Shown piece by piece: positions 49,309 to 64,000 of a stretch of 64,000 nucleotides of DNA. Both the position numbers and the translations under genes were made by a program. Source of the DNA: Eledone cirrhosa (Eukaryota); the NCBI GenBank assembly GCA_964016885.1, contig OZ024742.1:160146001-160210000 (forward strand), written 5' to 3'. How positions within the stretch are numbered: position 1 is the stretch's first letter; each line of letters opens with the position of its first letter. Below the pieces are notes generated by a model. That model did no database searches and was not told the DNA's origin. It was given only the letters and a program-made list of their open reading frames with translations.

Positions 49309-49892
49309 GAGTGCTTAAAATTATTTGTGACTAATCCCGGTCTTTTTCTTTTAAAAACCGCGATAATATTGCTATTTTGCTGAACTCCTTAAAATTTGTA
49401 GAGTTTTTTCGGAATGTTTTTTGACTGCTGTTTCTTGTAAATAGACATTCGTCTCATTCTGACGTCACCAGCCATATCTCTCCATGTGTATTTATTTTCA
49501 TAATTACGCACTAGGTGAACTAGCTTGCTTTTAAATTCCCTTTTTGGCATATTTTGGCAGTGAGCATAGGGTTATCTTGTTTGAACTCTACTGATGAACG
49601 ACTTCAACCGTGACCATCCCCACTGAAAAGTTTCGTGAAATGGTCTTTTTAAGACTATATAGAGCATTTGTAGTTTTTCCAAATTGAAGGATGAGAATTA
49701 AGGCTCTATTGGTTTCTCCCTGGATTTCACTAAACCTGTGGATAAAATCTGTCTTGATTTTTTTTTTAATTGAGTTTGAATTATTTTCCCACATCTTACG
49801 TTAATTATTTTTCCATTTTGACGTTATAGTCACATATATATTATGAAATACTGTTGGCTTCTAGCTCACAATAATTTCTATATTTTCACTAT
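49309..49892 (-). mobile_element. degenerate Tc1-like DNA transposon remnant
   Basis: Decayed TIR-like ends (agtg...aaattatt.gtga.cta), FKQDN-like motif on - strand; frameshifted. Confidence 0.35.
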
Positions 49893-49923
49893 ATATAATA
49901 TATATACATATAATATATATATA

Positions 49924-49954
<31 letters not shown>

Positions 49955-49973
49955 CATATAACATATATATATA

Positions 49974-50004
<31 letters not shown>

Positions 50005-50038
50005 CATATAACATATATATATATACATATAATATATA

Positions 50039-50105
<67 letters not shown>

Positions 50106-50217
50106 AATACATATCATATATATAAATATATATATACATATAATATATATATAAATATATATACACATATAATATATATATAAATATATATATACATAAA
50201 ATAAATATATATATATA

Positions 50218-51507
50218 TCCAAACATGGAAGCATGGCCTAGAATCAAAAGGCCTTAAAATTAACCTGTCTAAGACTAAAGTTCTAGTTTGTAGGAAGGAA
50301 AATAGGGCACCGGTCCCATCCGGGAAATGGCCATGCTCAGTGTGTAGGAAAGGAGTAGGTAGAAACTCCATTTTATGTCCCAAATGCAAAGTATGGGCGC
50401 ATAAAAGATGTAGTGGGATCACGGCTAAGCTAACTAAGAACATAGATTTTATATGTGGCCGGTGCTCTGGTGCAATGAGTAGCAGCAAGTGCCCACAGAA
50501 TACTAGCTCATTCAATTGCACAGATGGTTCTATAGAAATAGAGGACAGCTTCCGTTACCTGGGTGACAAAATCAGCAGTGGGGGAGGGTGCTCTGAAAGT
50601 ACAGTAGCTAGAGTCAGAACTGGATGGAAAAAGTTCAGAGAGCTTATACCACTATTAGCCGCTAAAGGGTTCTCCCTAAAAATGTAAGACAGGCTGTATG
50701 ATGCCTGCATACGAACAGCAATGTTACATGGCAGTGAGACCTGGTCATTGTGTGCAGAGGATATACGCAGACTGGAGAGGAACGAAGCTTGCATGCTCCG
50801 CTGGATGTGTAATAGTAATATACGTGAACGGAAAAGCATAAACGAACTAAGGGAAAATTTAGAAATAAGAGGGATCAGATGTTGTTTACTCGAGAGAAGA
50901 CTACGTTGGTATGGTCACGTGATGCGCATGAAAGACGACAGCTGTATAAAAAAGTGCAGGGCAATAAAAATAGACGGTAGCCACGGAGTAGGCAGACCCA
51001 GAAAAACCTGGGACGACTTGATATATTCCGACCTCACACACTTACACCTCTCTAAGACAATGTCACTGGACCAAGATCTTTGGCGCTACAGAGTAATAGA
51101 GAAGACCCGCCTTACCTAAGTACAAAGTGAAACCTACTACAGTCAGTAGGCACCTCTAACAAAATACACCCCCGTCCCACTACCCCCACCCCATCCACAC
51201 CACCCCTTTCAATGTAAAGTTATGTTGGTACCACAACATCCAGCCCGAAACAAATGAGGTCGTGTAGGTGTCACGACAAAAAAACAGTCCACGCTGTAAT
51301 GTGGCCGTGTAGGTAACGCGGTAAAAACCTCCCAGTTCCACACTGTAAATGTGGTTGGTGTTAGGAAGGGCATCCAGCCGTAGAAAACCCGCCAGACAGT
51401 CCTATGCGAGCAAGACAACCACTTTTGCCTCAAGTGGGAAAACTCCCGTCCAAACCCATGCAAGCGTGGAATATGGACGTTAAACAATGATGATGATGAT
51501 TATGATG
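50218..51507 (+). mobile_element. 5'-truncated RTE/RTE-X LINE with Cys/His (PHD-like) insert in the RT C-terminal region; one in-frame stop
   Basis: GLKINLSKTK...CSVC...CPKC..WAHKRC...CGRC...FRYLG...ARVRTGWKKF...LHGSETW...RLRWYGHVMR...GRPRKTW; TAA at 50685-50687; 3' UTR ends in (ATG)n. Confidence 0.9.
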
Positions 51508-51571
<64 letters not shown>

Positions 51572-51625
51572 TATATATATACATATAATATATATATATA
51601 CATATAATATATTATTATATTATAT

Positions 51626-51672
<47 letters not shown>

Positions 51673-52087
51673 ATATATATATATATACATATAATATATA
51701 TATATACATATAATATATAATATATATATATACATATAATATACATATATATATATATACATATAATATACATATATATATATACATATAATATATAATA
51801 TATATATATACATATAATATACATATATATATATATACATATAATATACATATATATATATATACATATAATATATAATATATATATATACATATAATAT
51901 ACATATATATATATACATATAATATACATATATATATATATATATACATATAATATATAATATATATATATACATATAATATACATATATATATATACAT
52001 ATAATATATAATATATATATATACATATAATATACATATATATATATACATATAATATACATATATATATATATATATATACATATA

Positions 52088-52186
<99 letters not shown>

Positions 52187-52399
52187 TACTTATGATTTAC
52201 AATTGTGGTTAAAGAAATATGCCTTGTTTTAACAGTAGCGGTCTCCTGGTAAATACCATGGATTGACATCCACTCAAATCTATGTTTTTTATATGTTGTT
52301 GAGTGTCATTACAAAACAAAGGGGGAAAATATAGAAAGATTTGTATACTCCGACGGCGACTTTCTTAAACCTCCTTTATTATGTCAGAAGACCGAATGA

Positions 52400-52690
52400 A
52401 TATACGGATGGATACATTAATACAAAGGAGGATATACAGATGGATGGGTATAAAGATCGGTGCATAGATGCATGGGTATAAAGATAGGTGTATAGATAGA
52501 TGGGTATAAAGATATGTGCATATACGGATAGGTGGATACATGGATGGATATGCAGATAGGTGTACAGATTGTTGGACGTATGTAGTGATAAATGGATATA
52601 CAGATGGATATACGGATAAATGTAAAGATGGATAGATGTTAGGATAGATATACGGATAGATGTACAGCTGGCTGGATAGATGGATGTAGG
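52400..52690. repeat. degenerate GGAT/AGAT-rich minisatellite
   Basis: Repeating gatgggtataaagat..gtg.atagat units. Confidence 0.7.
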
Positions 52691-54043
52691 GATAAAGTAA
52701 TGGTTCCCAACCTGAGGTCCGCGGACCCTTGAGGGTTTACAACGACTGTATTAGGGTTCAAATTTTCAATTACTTTAATAAATAGCATAATATGCACATG
52801 CTATTCGGTGTCCATTTTTCAATTGTTATTGTTGCTGGATGGGGATCTGAGAAGGGAGTTTTGTGGCTGAAGATGTATTTTAAAAAGTCTGTAGTCTGGG
52901 GGAAAATTCATTTAAATATAAGGGATTATTGGTAGGGAAAATGTTAGATGTTCAGAGAGATGAATCCGATTGATATATGTAAAACAACAAAGATACCTAA
53001 ATAGAAAGTCAATACAAAATTGACATTAATCAGAGGGTTGTATGTATAGAGAAGAAGATGGATAGACATATGAAGTAGACCCATGGTCAAAAACTTTCTA
53101 ACCATGACCATCCAATCTATTTTTTTTTTTTCGGGTATAGTGTATCCCGGACTAAACTTAAGCTATATTTCTTAGTATACATAATATTACTACATATCAT
53201 CATAAAACAACAAAATTAAAATACTACTACGGCATCTTCTTATAAATACTTTATCATGATGTTGATGTTGTTGTTGCTGTTTAGATTTAAGCTAATCCTG
53301 ATCGAGCTGACATATTAACAGACATTCTCGTTGTTATTATACGGTGGATTGGCAGTATCGGTAAAGGGTCGGACGCCATGCTTAGCAGCATAGAGTTAAG
53401 GCGCTTTACGGTCTGAGTTCAAATCCCGCCGAGGTTAACTTTGCCTTTCATCCTTACGAGGTCGATAAAATAAAGTACCAGTAATACACTGGGATAATTG
53501 CTGGCCTTGTGCCAAAAGTAGAAACAGTTATTATACGGTAGTATTTTGTTTTTATCCCCGACTCCATTATTCAAAGTGTCCCTTTCTAAATGACTTGAAG
53601 GACCTTTGGCTACTATTTATAACAATTCAAGCGACCACGTTAAAGCCCTGCTCTCTCGTTAGTTCAACTTTATAATGTTCGTTTGCTTGTGTGTTTTTTT
53701 TAATTTTTTTTATAGTGGTATCAAGCATAGATAACTCCCTGTGAACTGCAGCTACATGAATTTCAAAATGATAAGAAGTCATCACGGGTAAGAATTTCCT
53801 GATAACTGTTCCTATGATAACTCACCAAAGCCGATGTCTCATGTTCTGAATATCTTGCTACATGCTTCAACATGACACATCAAAATCATTGATGTTCCAT
53901 TCCTTTAATATGAAGATACGTTGGCAAACATTAATATTTTTATGTCCACATTTTCACTAGTGATAGGGTGGGTATGTATGTATGTATGTATGTATGTATG
54001 TATGTATGTATGTATGTATGTATGTATGTATGTATGTATGTAT

Positions 54044-54466
54044 GGCCATCCAAAATCACCGGGAGAGATGACCACTTAGCCTTTGTCAAGGCAGAATTCT
54101 AGGAGAAGGAAAACTCTGATATAACACCTGCAACCCTGATGGTATCCAATGATGTTGACTTGTTCTTTTTGGTAAATATCATCTTGGTTAAGAGAGTGGG
54201 ACTGGCTTTGTGCAGTGCCTTTGCTCACTATAAAAGCTTCACGGCACAGGCATTGCTTTATATCTGGAGATCTCCCTTTACTTGTCGTCACATGGTACCA
54301 TGGGCCCAGCACTATGTGTCAATAATTGTCACAAGCGTAGTGTTTGTACCAGAGTTTTCAAGTCAATGGCTGGACTAAAAAGTCACACTCGTAGGGGTTC
54401 GGTAGGGGTTCTCCTACATGGATATAAAGTAGTGGCCGTACTCGAAAACGAGTTGGCAGCCACCAT
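54044..54466 (+). mobile_element. non-autonomous RTE-type retroposon, copy 2 (5'-truncated), flanked by (TATG)n on both sides
   Basis: See copy 1. Confidence 0.65.
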
Positions 54467-55313
54467 GTATGTATGTATGTATGTATGTATGTATGTATGT
54501 ATGTATGTATGTATGTATGTATGTATGTATGTATGTATGTATGTATGTATGTGTGCGGCAAATTGACAGAGACGTTACAATGCCGGATATAATGCTTCGT
54601 GGTATTCATTCTGGTTTTTGTGCTCTCTAAGTTCAAATCTCGCCGAGGTCAATTATGCCTCTCATCTTGTCGAAGACCACTCCGGTACTAGGGAGGAGAG
54701 GATTCCTTCTCTATATCTTTTTCTCATTCCACTGTCCCACTCTCACTCATTCCACTGTCCCACTCTCACTCAATCACTCTCTCTAATTCTCTGATTTTCT
54801 GTAAGAACTTGATTGTGTTCCGACCTGGAGAGGAGATAGCTTCGTCAGGTTAAACATGTCCAAGACCTGCTGTATGTCACGACGGTTCCTCCACGACTCC
54901 ATCAGATGTTACGGGTTCATACATATATACACGTTTGTATCTTATGTCGTGGCCAACGGTAACAGTACGAGCTAGCGAATCGCGTTCTTTCATTCGCTCG
55001 TTCTGCCTCTCTGAATAGCTGGACCTCAGGTGAATGTTACCTCATTTTCCCCGCGGACAGATACGAAATTATAACCTCGGAGGACAGTAAGAAAGATGCC
55101 TAGAAATAACCATTTAACCAGTGGGGTTCATAAAATGATATGTAAAGCTTCAAAAATTGGCCCCTATAATATTCAAATTGTCCTTCCATGGGACATGCAC
55201 ACTACACTTAGAATTATTGCTTTAATTAAAAGAAAAGTGGTTTATTAATTCCGAAGTTTGTAGTAAATCGACTAGTGTACAAATGACAAATCGTTGAGAA
55301 AATCCGCAGTATG

Positions 55314-55411
<98 letters not shown>

Positions 55412-55971
55412 AACACACACATACAAAAGGCAAGCAGAAATAAAAAAGCAAACGACACAGCACAATGAAGAAATATATTCTTAGTTTTACGCTTGATATA
55501 GTAGGAATATATATATATATATATAATATATATATATGTGTGTGTGTGTATGGGTGTGTGTGTGTGTGTGTGTGTGTGTGCATGAGTGTGTGTGTGTGTG
55601 CATGAGGGTGACTACGTTTATGTTTATTTTTTGTTTAGGGTAACTTAGCGGATCGACAAATAGAGATCTATGAACTAGACTCCAGACTAAAAAATATATA
55701 GTGGTGGGAAATATTACCAACTAAATCCCTTGAAGGCAGTGCTCAATATGGCCGTGATCAAATGACTGAGATCAGTAAAGAAATAACTCTTGGTTTATAA
55801 CAAATACTTGTTTCTACTTTTGGCACAAGGCCAGCAATTAACAGTACATTACTGGTACTTTATGTTATCGACCTAGTAAAGATGAAAGGCAAAGTTAATC
55901 TCGGCGGGTTACTAATTTCTATTGACAAAGAAACAACTGTTTTTCAAAATATTGAGCGAATTTGAGTTTTG

Positions 55972-56212
55972 AAAGTATGTTAGCTTGTTGTAAGCTAACA
56001 TACTCTATGGATGTTTAACTATAAAATAGTCAAATAAGTTGAACATATATACCTCTAGGGAGCGAAAAAGAAGGACAGCATACCAACTCGCATATGTTGT
56101 ATTCCTAAGATATGTCACTCTTTCCACTATTCTTGTCCCTAATGGTTTATATGCCCAACCTATTTAACTATAAACTTGTGTTTTAGTAGCTTACAACAAG
56201 CCAACATACTTT
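55972..56212. mobile_element. degenerate foldback MITE
   Basis: aaagtatgttagcttgttgtaagcta / tagcttacaacaagccaacatacttt plus weaker inner complementarity. Confidence 0.6.
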
Positions 56213-56608
56213 AAATACTAAATTTGTTTAAATTCTTCTCTGATAACTTTACACTTTAACAATTAATTGACGATGTCATCTGATCAAATTAAACTATGAT
56301 CAGCAGTGACGTTCCTGCCATGACCATCTAATTTATTTTCAGACAGAGTATATATTCTAATAAAGGATAGCACTGAGACTACGTAATTCTGAGTAATGGC
56401 GTATATGAACACATGTACAGTGTGTTTACGTCTAATAACACAGACGCAGGTAAATTGTGTGGTTAAAGAGTTCACTTTGTAGCCACATAATTCCAGGTTT
56501 TGTCCTCCTGCACAGCACTTTAGGCAAGTATCCTCTACAATTGCCTCGGGTTGACCAATACTTTATCAATGGCATTTGGTAGACGGACGGAAATCATAGA
56601 ATCCTGTC

Positions 56609-56669
<61 letters not shown>

Positions 56670-56801
56670 ATATAGAAATGGCTTCTACAGGACTAGAACT
56701 GTTTCATTCGAAGGAAATCCTTAGGAAAGCCCATATTTATACTCTGCTATGAGTACCTTACCTACTGTGGTTAACCCCGATTGGACCGGACACACACACA
56801 C

Positions 56802-56832
<31 letters not shown>

Positions 56833-58231
56833 TGTATGTATGTATGTATGTATGTATGTATGTATGTATGTATATATGTATGTATGTACGTATGTATGTA
56901 TGTATGCACACACATATTATATATACATAATAGGTATAAATCGAAGTTTTAACTGTTGCATAGCAAGTATTATTCGATTTGTTTGAGGCAATTACAAAGC
57001 TAAAAACATTAGGTTCTGAGTGTGACACCAAGAAAACCGACCGAAAGCACTAGACATACACATAACACAACGACGATAGAGTGTGTGTGTGTGTGTGTGC
57101 GCGCGCGCGTGTGTGTAAGTGTGTGTATAAGTGTGTGTGTAAGTGTGTGCCCATGTTTGTTTAGGTTTGTGTCAGTGTTTATGTCTCGTAATCAATTAAA
57201 TCAGTACCGGGGTCAATATGATAGACTAAAAATCCCTTCAAGGTGTTGCTCCTGTACAGCTATAGTCTAATGACAAATTAGTAAAGGAATAAATATACTC
57301 ATGTCATAGCTACATCAATAGACCTACAATTAAAGACATCCCAGCCGTGACAAAGCGGTCTAAAATGTATTCATATTTCTCTCTGTGGCTACATTATATC
57401 CAAACATATGCTTATTTTATATTTTAAGATAAGATATAACTTATGAAAGTTTGGGCTGCACCATGTAGAAGTTTGCTATAGAGGTTTCAAAAATGAACAT
57501 GAAATGAAATTTACTCTTCGCCCTATGTTGGTTTACCTTGCTTCCTACGAAGTAGCATAGGTTTCTGTAACCATTAGGCCACGCTCTTTCACTGGTGGCA
57601 GATTAAGAGGCGACGCGATATTTATAGGGCTCAAAATTATTTTATTTTTTTGCTATCATAAATTATAGTCAGGAGCCTCGATGAAATGTTCAACCCGGGG
57701 CTCCATGCAAGCTTACCAAATTTTCTAATGAAAAACACTGTCAAAGGGTTTTAAATAATTTTGAAAATAATCAAATATTTGTAGAAATTTAGGAATATAA
57801 TTAACTTTTTCATTATTAATTATTGTTTCGAATAATAACCCTTTTGGTACTAACCCGCGAAAAACCATTTCACAAGGCCCTTATTTAAATTAAAGCCTTC
57901 CAAAATAAATTTTATTTATAAAATCCCTTTTGTTATGTTACAATAGCATCCTAATATTTGAAATAATTTTAGTGAATTCCCCCAAATTCTTTGTTAATTA
58001 TTTCAAATACAGTATATTGTAGCAGAAGTATAGTAATGAAAGGGTTAACAAAGGTTCTTAGATTAGATTATGATGGAAAGTTTTAATAAAAGTTTGAACA
58101 CTTTAAAACAAGCAATGTTATACCTTAGCACCAGGGCTGGTTTCTATCGGGTTTATATTAAAAAGGATTCCGTTCTTAGCCTTTACTATAGAATTTTAGT
58201 TAAGAAGATACATACATACGTATATTTATAC

Positions 58232-58264
<33 letters not shown>

Positions 58265-58338
58265 CACGCGCGTATGTGTGCGTGTGTGTGTATTTAAATA
58301 CATAGAAGATAAATGTTTTGTTAATGTAAAGCACTTAC

Positions 58339-58819
58339 CTTTATTAAAGGGACTAATTTTGTGTCTGTCTGAAAGTGACAGTGGCGGACCATGGGAAGAA
58401 GGGCTTGGATAGCCAGGATAGTGGCTGAGGGCCCTTACAAAATGTTCATCCACGAGCCGATTAGAATCCCCTGAGAAGTAATTGTGTACCATACTGTTTG
58501 ATGCCAGGTAAACGGTTTCTTTCGGCACGGTGCACTTATCCGAATTGCTCTCTTCTTTTATCGCATTTCCCTCAAGACTGCTGCTGTTGCTGCTGTTGCT
58601 ACTACTTCTGTCAATGGAACTGTTTACATGGGTCGGTATGGATGCAGACTCTGGAATCAGATGTTGGGTTGGATGGGTCTGCTGCACTTGCTGCTCTGAT
58701 TGATGGAGATGCAAGTTAGTCTGAGTTGGAGACGACGTAGCTGGTATACTGAGTATCGAATTACTTGGTGCAGAATAACCGAGGTTCATGGGTTCGTGTA
58801 GTTTAGTTAGACCAAAAGC
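58339..58819 (-). CDS. vg: vestigial-like exon 2 containing TONDU (TEAD/Scalloped-binding) domain
   Basis: acag|GCT acceptor (phase 0); AFGLTKLHEP...YLASNSMVHNYFSGDSNRLVDEHFVRALS...SPFNK; ends AAAG|GTAAGT (phase 1); 481 nt. Confidence 0.93.
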
Positions 58820-59174
58820 CTGTTTGTAACAAACATCAGAAAATAAGAAAAATACATACTTAAAAACAATGAATAACAATGAAGGAGAAAAAAAAAACAT
58901 AGATGGTGTTATGTGCAAAATGTAGTTTTATCTCAATGAAATAAAAAATAACAAAACCAGTGCCAAGAGGAATGTTTAGAGAATAAACACCCAAACAAGA
59001 TAAGGGAATGTAAAAAAATAAGATAGATATAGTCCTAATGAATATAAAAAAAAATATCAGTGAATGATAGTACATAAATAAACAACTAAAATAATAGATA
59101 AATACAGGACACCCGAAGCCAGGAATAGTACATATTGTACGTGTGTGTCTCTGTATGTGAGTGACTGTGATTAT

Positions 59175-60070
<896 letters not shown>

Positions 60071-61157
60071 ATATGTGAAGTAAATAGTTAGAATTAAGGT
60101 TAACTAGCGGTGAAATTCCTAAGATCTTTGGGTAAAAATTAACTCACAGTTCTATTAGAGTTTTCCTTGCATTCATAGTTGTCGACAACATCTAAAAGGA
60201 ATGGGAGTGTGTGAAGAGATTGTTACGTACGTGTGTAAAACGAGAATTGTTGGGAAAGAATGGATAAATTGTGCTATATAGTAAAAGACAATATGTTTTC
60301 AAGACTTTCTAAGAGTATGTGAAATGAACGAGTCGGAGGGTGGGTAGTTGAGATTCCAAAGTGCAGTGTTGGAATTACAGAGACGCCGAATTCCTTCTGG
60401 TTGCCCTACCCTTAGCTTTGGGATTCGCAGAATGCTGGCTTGAATATTTGTAAGCATTGGAGTTTTTTCTCTTGTAGAAATTATATATATACATATAAAC
60501 ATACATACATATCCTTGTTTAAGACACATTTGGCACAGTATGTTGCCCACTCGTGCAAAGATATGCAAGCTTTTTGGCAGTCGTTGTCGAGCTGTCGACT
60601 TTGTCACTTATTTTGTGCGACCGAACAACAGCGACACAGATTCTCAGGCTCTCGATTTACCATTCCCTCCAGACGAAAAAGTATTAATAATAGGAAACTA
60701 AAACAAGATTGGTATTGTTTCTGAAACTAAGCAGCTTTTAACTATTTATATATATATAAATAACAAGCTATGGACAGAGAGAGGAAAATGTTACTTAAAA
60801 GATGTACGATGGTTATGTTTGTATCATTATTATGTGGCATCTATGAAAAAATCAAATTACAGGAGAAAACGAGACATTTTATTTAAATATTACAAGAAAA
60901 GTATATATTTTTTAAACTGTGGAAATATGTATAAAGATATGTTATAAAAAAACACTGAAAACACTTAAATTCAGGTTTAAATCCTAGCCCGTACCAAAAC
61001 AGTGTGACCTTTTCTGTGACATTTCCCCTTGTGATGCGATTTTATTTCCATACACCAATCAATCAAACACGTATCAATGTAGAATAACAAAGATATCAAC
61101 AAATAGATAACATATAAAAAAAAAAAGAAAAGAAAAAGAAAATTCTGGCGCGTTTAC

Positions 61158-61235
61158 CTGCTCGATTGGAGTTCGTGGATAGTAGGCCAAATTACTAGAA
61201 TATGGCTGGTGGTACATTACGTCAACGGCACTCAT
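61158..61235 (-). CDS. vg: vestigial-like (VGLL/Vg family) exon 1, MSAVDVMYHQPYSSNLAYYPRTPIEQ
   Basis: ATG at 61235, 26 codons resembling the MSCxDVMYQ N-terminus of VGLL2/3; ends CAG|GTAAAC donor, phase 0, matching exon 2. Too short for the ORF track. Confidence 0.85.
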
Positions 61236-62109
61236 TTTAAACTCCTGTGGTTTATGTGTTCACTTTAGATGTTTTAAGTTTTTAATTCCACAAAATCCAC
61301 GACGGAAGATGGATGTTAAATTTTTTTAAAATATTTTGTTTCAGTATTCTTTTTTATTATTCTTGCAGCCGAATGAAAAAAATATTGATGCTATATTCCC
61401 CTCACGGTTACACTGACGTATTGACTTGACCAAATATTATATTTGTATATCTATATACATATATATATACATGTGTGTGTGTTTTTTATATATCCTAGGG
61501 ATAGACAGTAGCTGCTGCTGCTGCTGCTGCTGCTGCTTGTCTTTACCCTTTACTCGTTTAAAGAATCCTCTTGGTGCACGATCATCAACTGAAGTGGCCC
61601 GTTCCACTACTATAGAGAGGGGAGAGACTCACGAGAAGAAGCGAGAGTGAGAACCAATCTGTGTAAGGATGGTGTATAAACAACAAAACAGGCTAGACAG
61701 AGAAATGTGTACGTGTGTGCGACATATATAAACACATACACTCATACACTAAATCTCTCTCTTCTCTTTTACTCTCTCACTCGATTTTTCCTTATAGAAG
61801 AAGTACTAAGCTATATCGTAAGATATATAATAAAATAAACCCCACTGATTCTGAGTGCTTCTTTCACAAACATCTAGCAGCAGCTTTGTCGATTCAAAAC
61901 TACTACTAGCTAGTAAAGTGACTAACTAACTAACTCACTATTGTAAGTGACTATATGTCAAATTAGTATCGCCCATGTCGCTCATATGTCACAGAAAGGT
62001 TGTAGTTAAATCAATAGCTAACCAAATACACAAACACAATGATTCTTCATTAGGAGATTGATTCAAGGGGGCATGGAGAATCAATTAAGATACAAACATT
62101 GTAAACATG

Positions 62110-62370
62110 GATGTTGATGACTGTGATGATGACAATGATAGTGATGTTGATGAGAACGACATACGATGATTATAATGATGATGATGATGATGATGATGAT
62201 GTTGATGATGATGATGTTAATGATAACGATGACGGCGGCGGCGGCCGCGACGACGACAACTGATGATGAAGATGATGATGATGATAACAACGACGACGGC
62301 GGCGATGATGATGATAACAACGACGACGACGATGATGATGATGATGATGATGATGATTATAATAATAATT
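62110..62370. repeat. (GAT)n/(GAC)n trinucleotide tract; others: (TAG)n 39150-39318, (GTT)n 63250-63430, (CTG)n 61511-61537
   Basis: Direct reading. Confidence 0.9.
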
Positions 62371-62379
62371 TATTCATTT

Positions 62380-63212
62380 TAAGGTCAGCAATTTGGGGAG
62401 AGGATAGTGTCTATTAAATTGATTCTAGTACTTAATCTGTACTATATTTTATCAACCTCGGAAGGGCGAAAGGCCATGTTGACCTCAGCGGGATTTGAAT
62501 TCAGAACGCAGTGAACCGAAACAAATAATTGTTTCTACATTTGGCACAAGGCCAGCAATTTGGGGAGAGAGGAAAGTCGATTAAATCGACACCAGTGCAT
62601 TACTGGTACTTTATTTTATCGACCCCGTAGGATGAAAGGCAAAGCTAACCTCGGTGGGATTTGAACTCAGAAGGTAAAAGGCCGTAACTCTATGCTATAA
62701 AGCATGGTGTCCGACACTCTACCGACACTGCCCATCCATATGATGATGATGATGATGATGATGATGGTGATTGTGATGGTGTGATGATGAGGAGGATGGT
62801 TTAAATGAAGTGACAAGTCTTTTGGAAATTAAATATTGTTTTTTAGTGTATATTTGTAAACTATGTAATATAATTTTAAAGAGAAAAAGTCTCTTTAAAA
62901 AAAATTTGAATTGAAATACAACATATCAAAAATAATTGTTTCTACTTTCGGCACAAGGCCAGCAATTAACCAGTGCATTACTGGTACTTTATTTTATCGA
63001 CCCCGTAAGGATGAAAGGCAAAGTTAACCTCGGTGGGATTCGAACTCAGACGTAGAGGGCCACAACTCTATGCTACAAAATATGGCGTCCGACCCTCTAC
63101 CGATACTGCCAATCCAAAAAAATATTGTTTCTACTTTTGGCACAAGGCCAGCAATTACCTCAGTGTATTACTGGTACTTTATTTTATCGACCCCGTAAGG
63201 ATGAAAGACAAA
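62380..63212 (-). mobile_element. cluster of four SINE copies upstream of the gene
   Basis: Copies at ~62380-62520, 62527-62738, 62934-63116 and 63125-63212. Confidence 0.85.
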
Positions 63213-64000
63213 AATGAAGTGAGATTATGTAGTTAATTAAGTGTCGTTATTTGTTGTTTTTAATGTTGTTGTCGGCATTGTTGTTATTGTTGTTGTCGTT
63301 GTCGTTGTTGTTGTCGGTATTGTTATTAGTGTTGTTGTCGTCATCGTGGTTGTTATTGTTATCAATGTTATCGTCATGGTCGTTATTGTCGTGGTTGTTC
63401 TTGTTGTTGTTGTTACTGCTTGTTGTTTTTGTTGAAGGCAGGAATAGGCAATTCATTCATTGGACCAAATTCAATTTATTGTCCTTTTCTACGAACACCA
63501 TGCGATCATGTCACATTAAAAATAAATCTAAAAACAAAGAAATATCTTTTCTGGACTTGCTCCACTAACGTCACTCACGATTCGCTCGTCTGTAAACAAA
63601 TGTATAATCCAATATAAATAAATAAAATTAAATTAAAACAAATAAATAAATAGTCAACATGTTTACAGAGTCAAAAAAGAAAAAAATATGGGAGTGTCTA
63701 CTTCCACCTTCTTCAACAAGGAAGATAGAGATTTACATATAGTTAGCTATAGCTTGGCAAAAAATGGGAGGTGGTAATTGGATAATAATAGGAGTGTAAC
63801 TCAACAAACATTGCCTTCGTGTAGCCGTCTGGGAGAGGCGTAGCCTAAGCTATGATAAGGCAGTGTATTTTTTTAAGCTTAGACATACTTGTATAAAATA
63901 CGTACATACTAAGAGATTTATTATCAGTAGCACTAACATTCTAAGATAAATGTGATATGATAATAGTGATATGATCACAGCTTAATACAATCATAGGAAG

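Larger units (their letters stand above)
44412..52185. repeat. (TA)n/CATATAATA-rich field hosting multiple nested insertions
   Basis: Direct reading. Confidence 0.9.

Noticed and set aside
58820-58918. N-terminal extension [10 protein letters not shown]... of the exon 2 ORF
   Set aside because: Polypyrimidine intron sequence upstream of the acceptor at 58820-58821.
62081-63568. Low-complexity ORFs (poly-D/M/V/N)
   Set aside because: Trinucleotide repeat translations without splice or homology support.

Overview
AT-rich, (TA)n-microsatellite-saturated animal genomic DNA; the repeat landscape suggests an octopod cephalopod (inference). It has one 200-N gap (9868-10067). The window holds one complete protein-coding gene on the minus strand, a vestigial/VGLL-family TEAD co-activator, which I assembled by hand from four phase-compatible exons (61158-61235, 58339-58819, 11215-11769, 6476-6525; 1164 nt, 387 aa). 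It has a TONDU VxxHF motif, an RNFPPSFWN motif, a YGSLL motif and a KDMYWY* C-terminus. Almost all ORFs in the supplied track are microsatellite artefacts. Introns and flanks carry many tRNA-derived SINEs, RTE/CR1/CRE-type LINE remnants and several MITEs. The most striking unannotated signal is in the 46.6-kb intron 2: about ten loci from several distinct families carry minimal type-I hammerhead-ribozyme folds (stem I-CUGANGA-stem II-GAAA-short, usually palindromic stem III-NUH-stem I'). Most sit in long foldback palindromes embedded in (TA)n, an architecture typical of Penelope-like pLTRs. One sits in a ~405-bp tandem, retrozyme-like array whose two full ribozyme copies show a compensatory base-pair change. 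All folds were read by eye; catalytic activity is untested.
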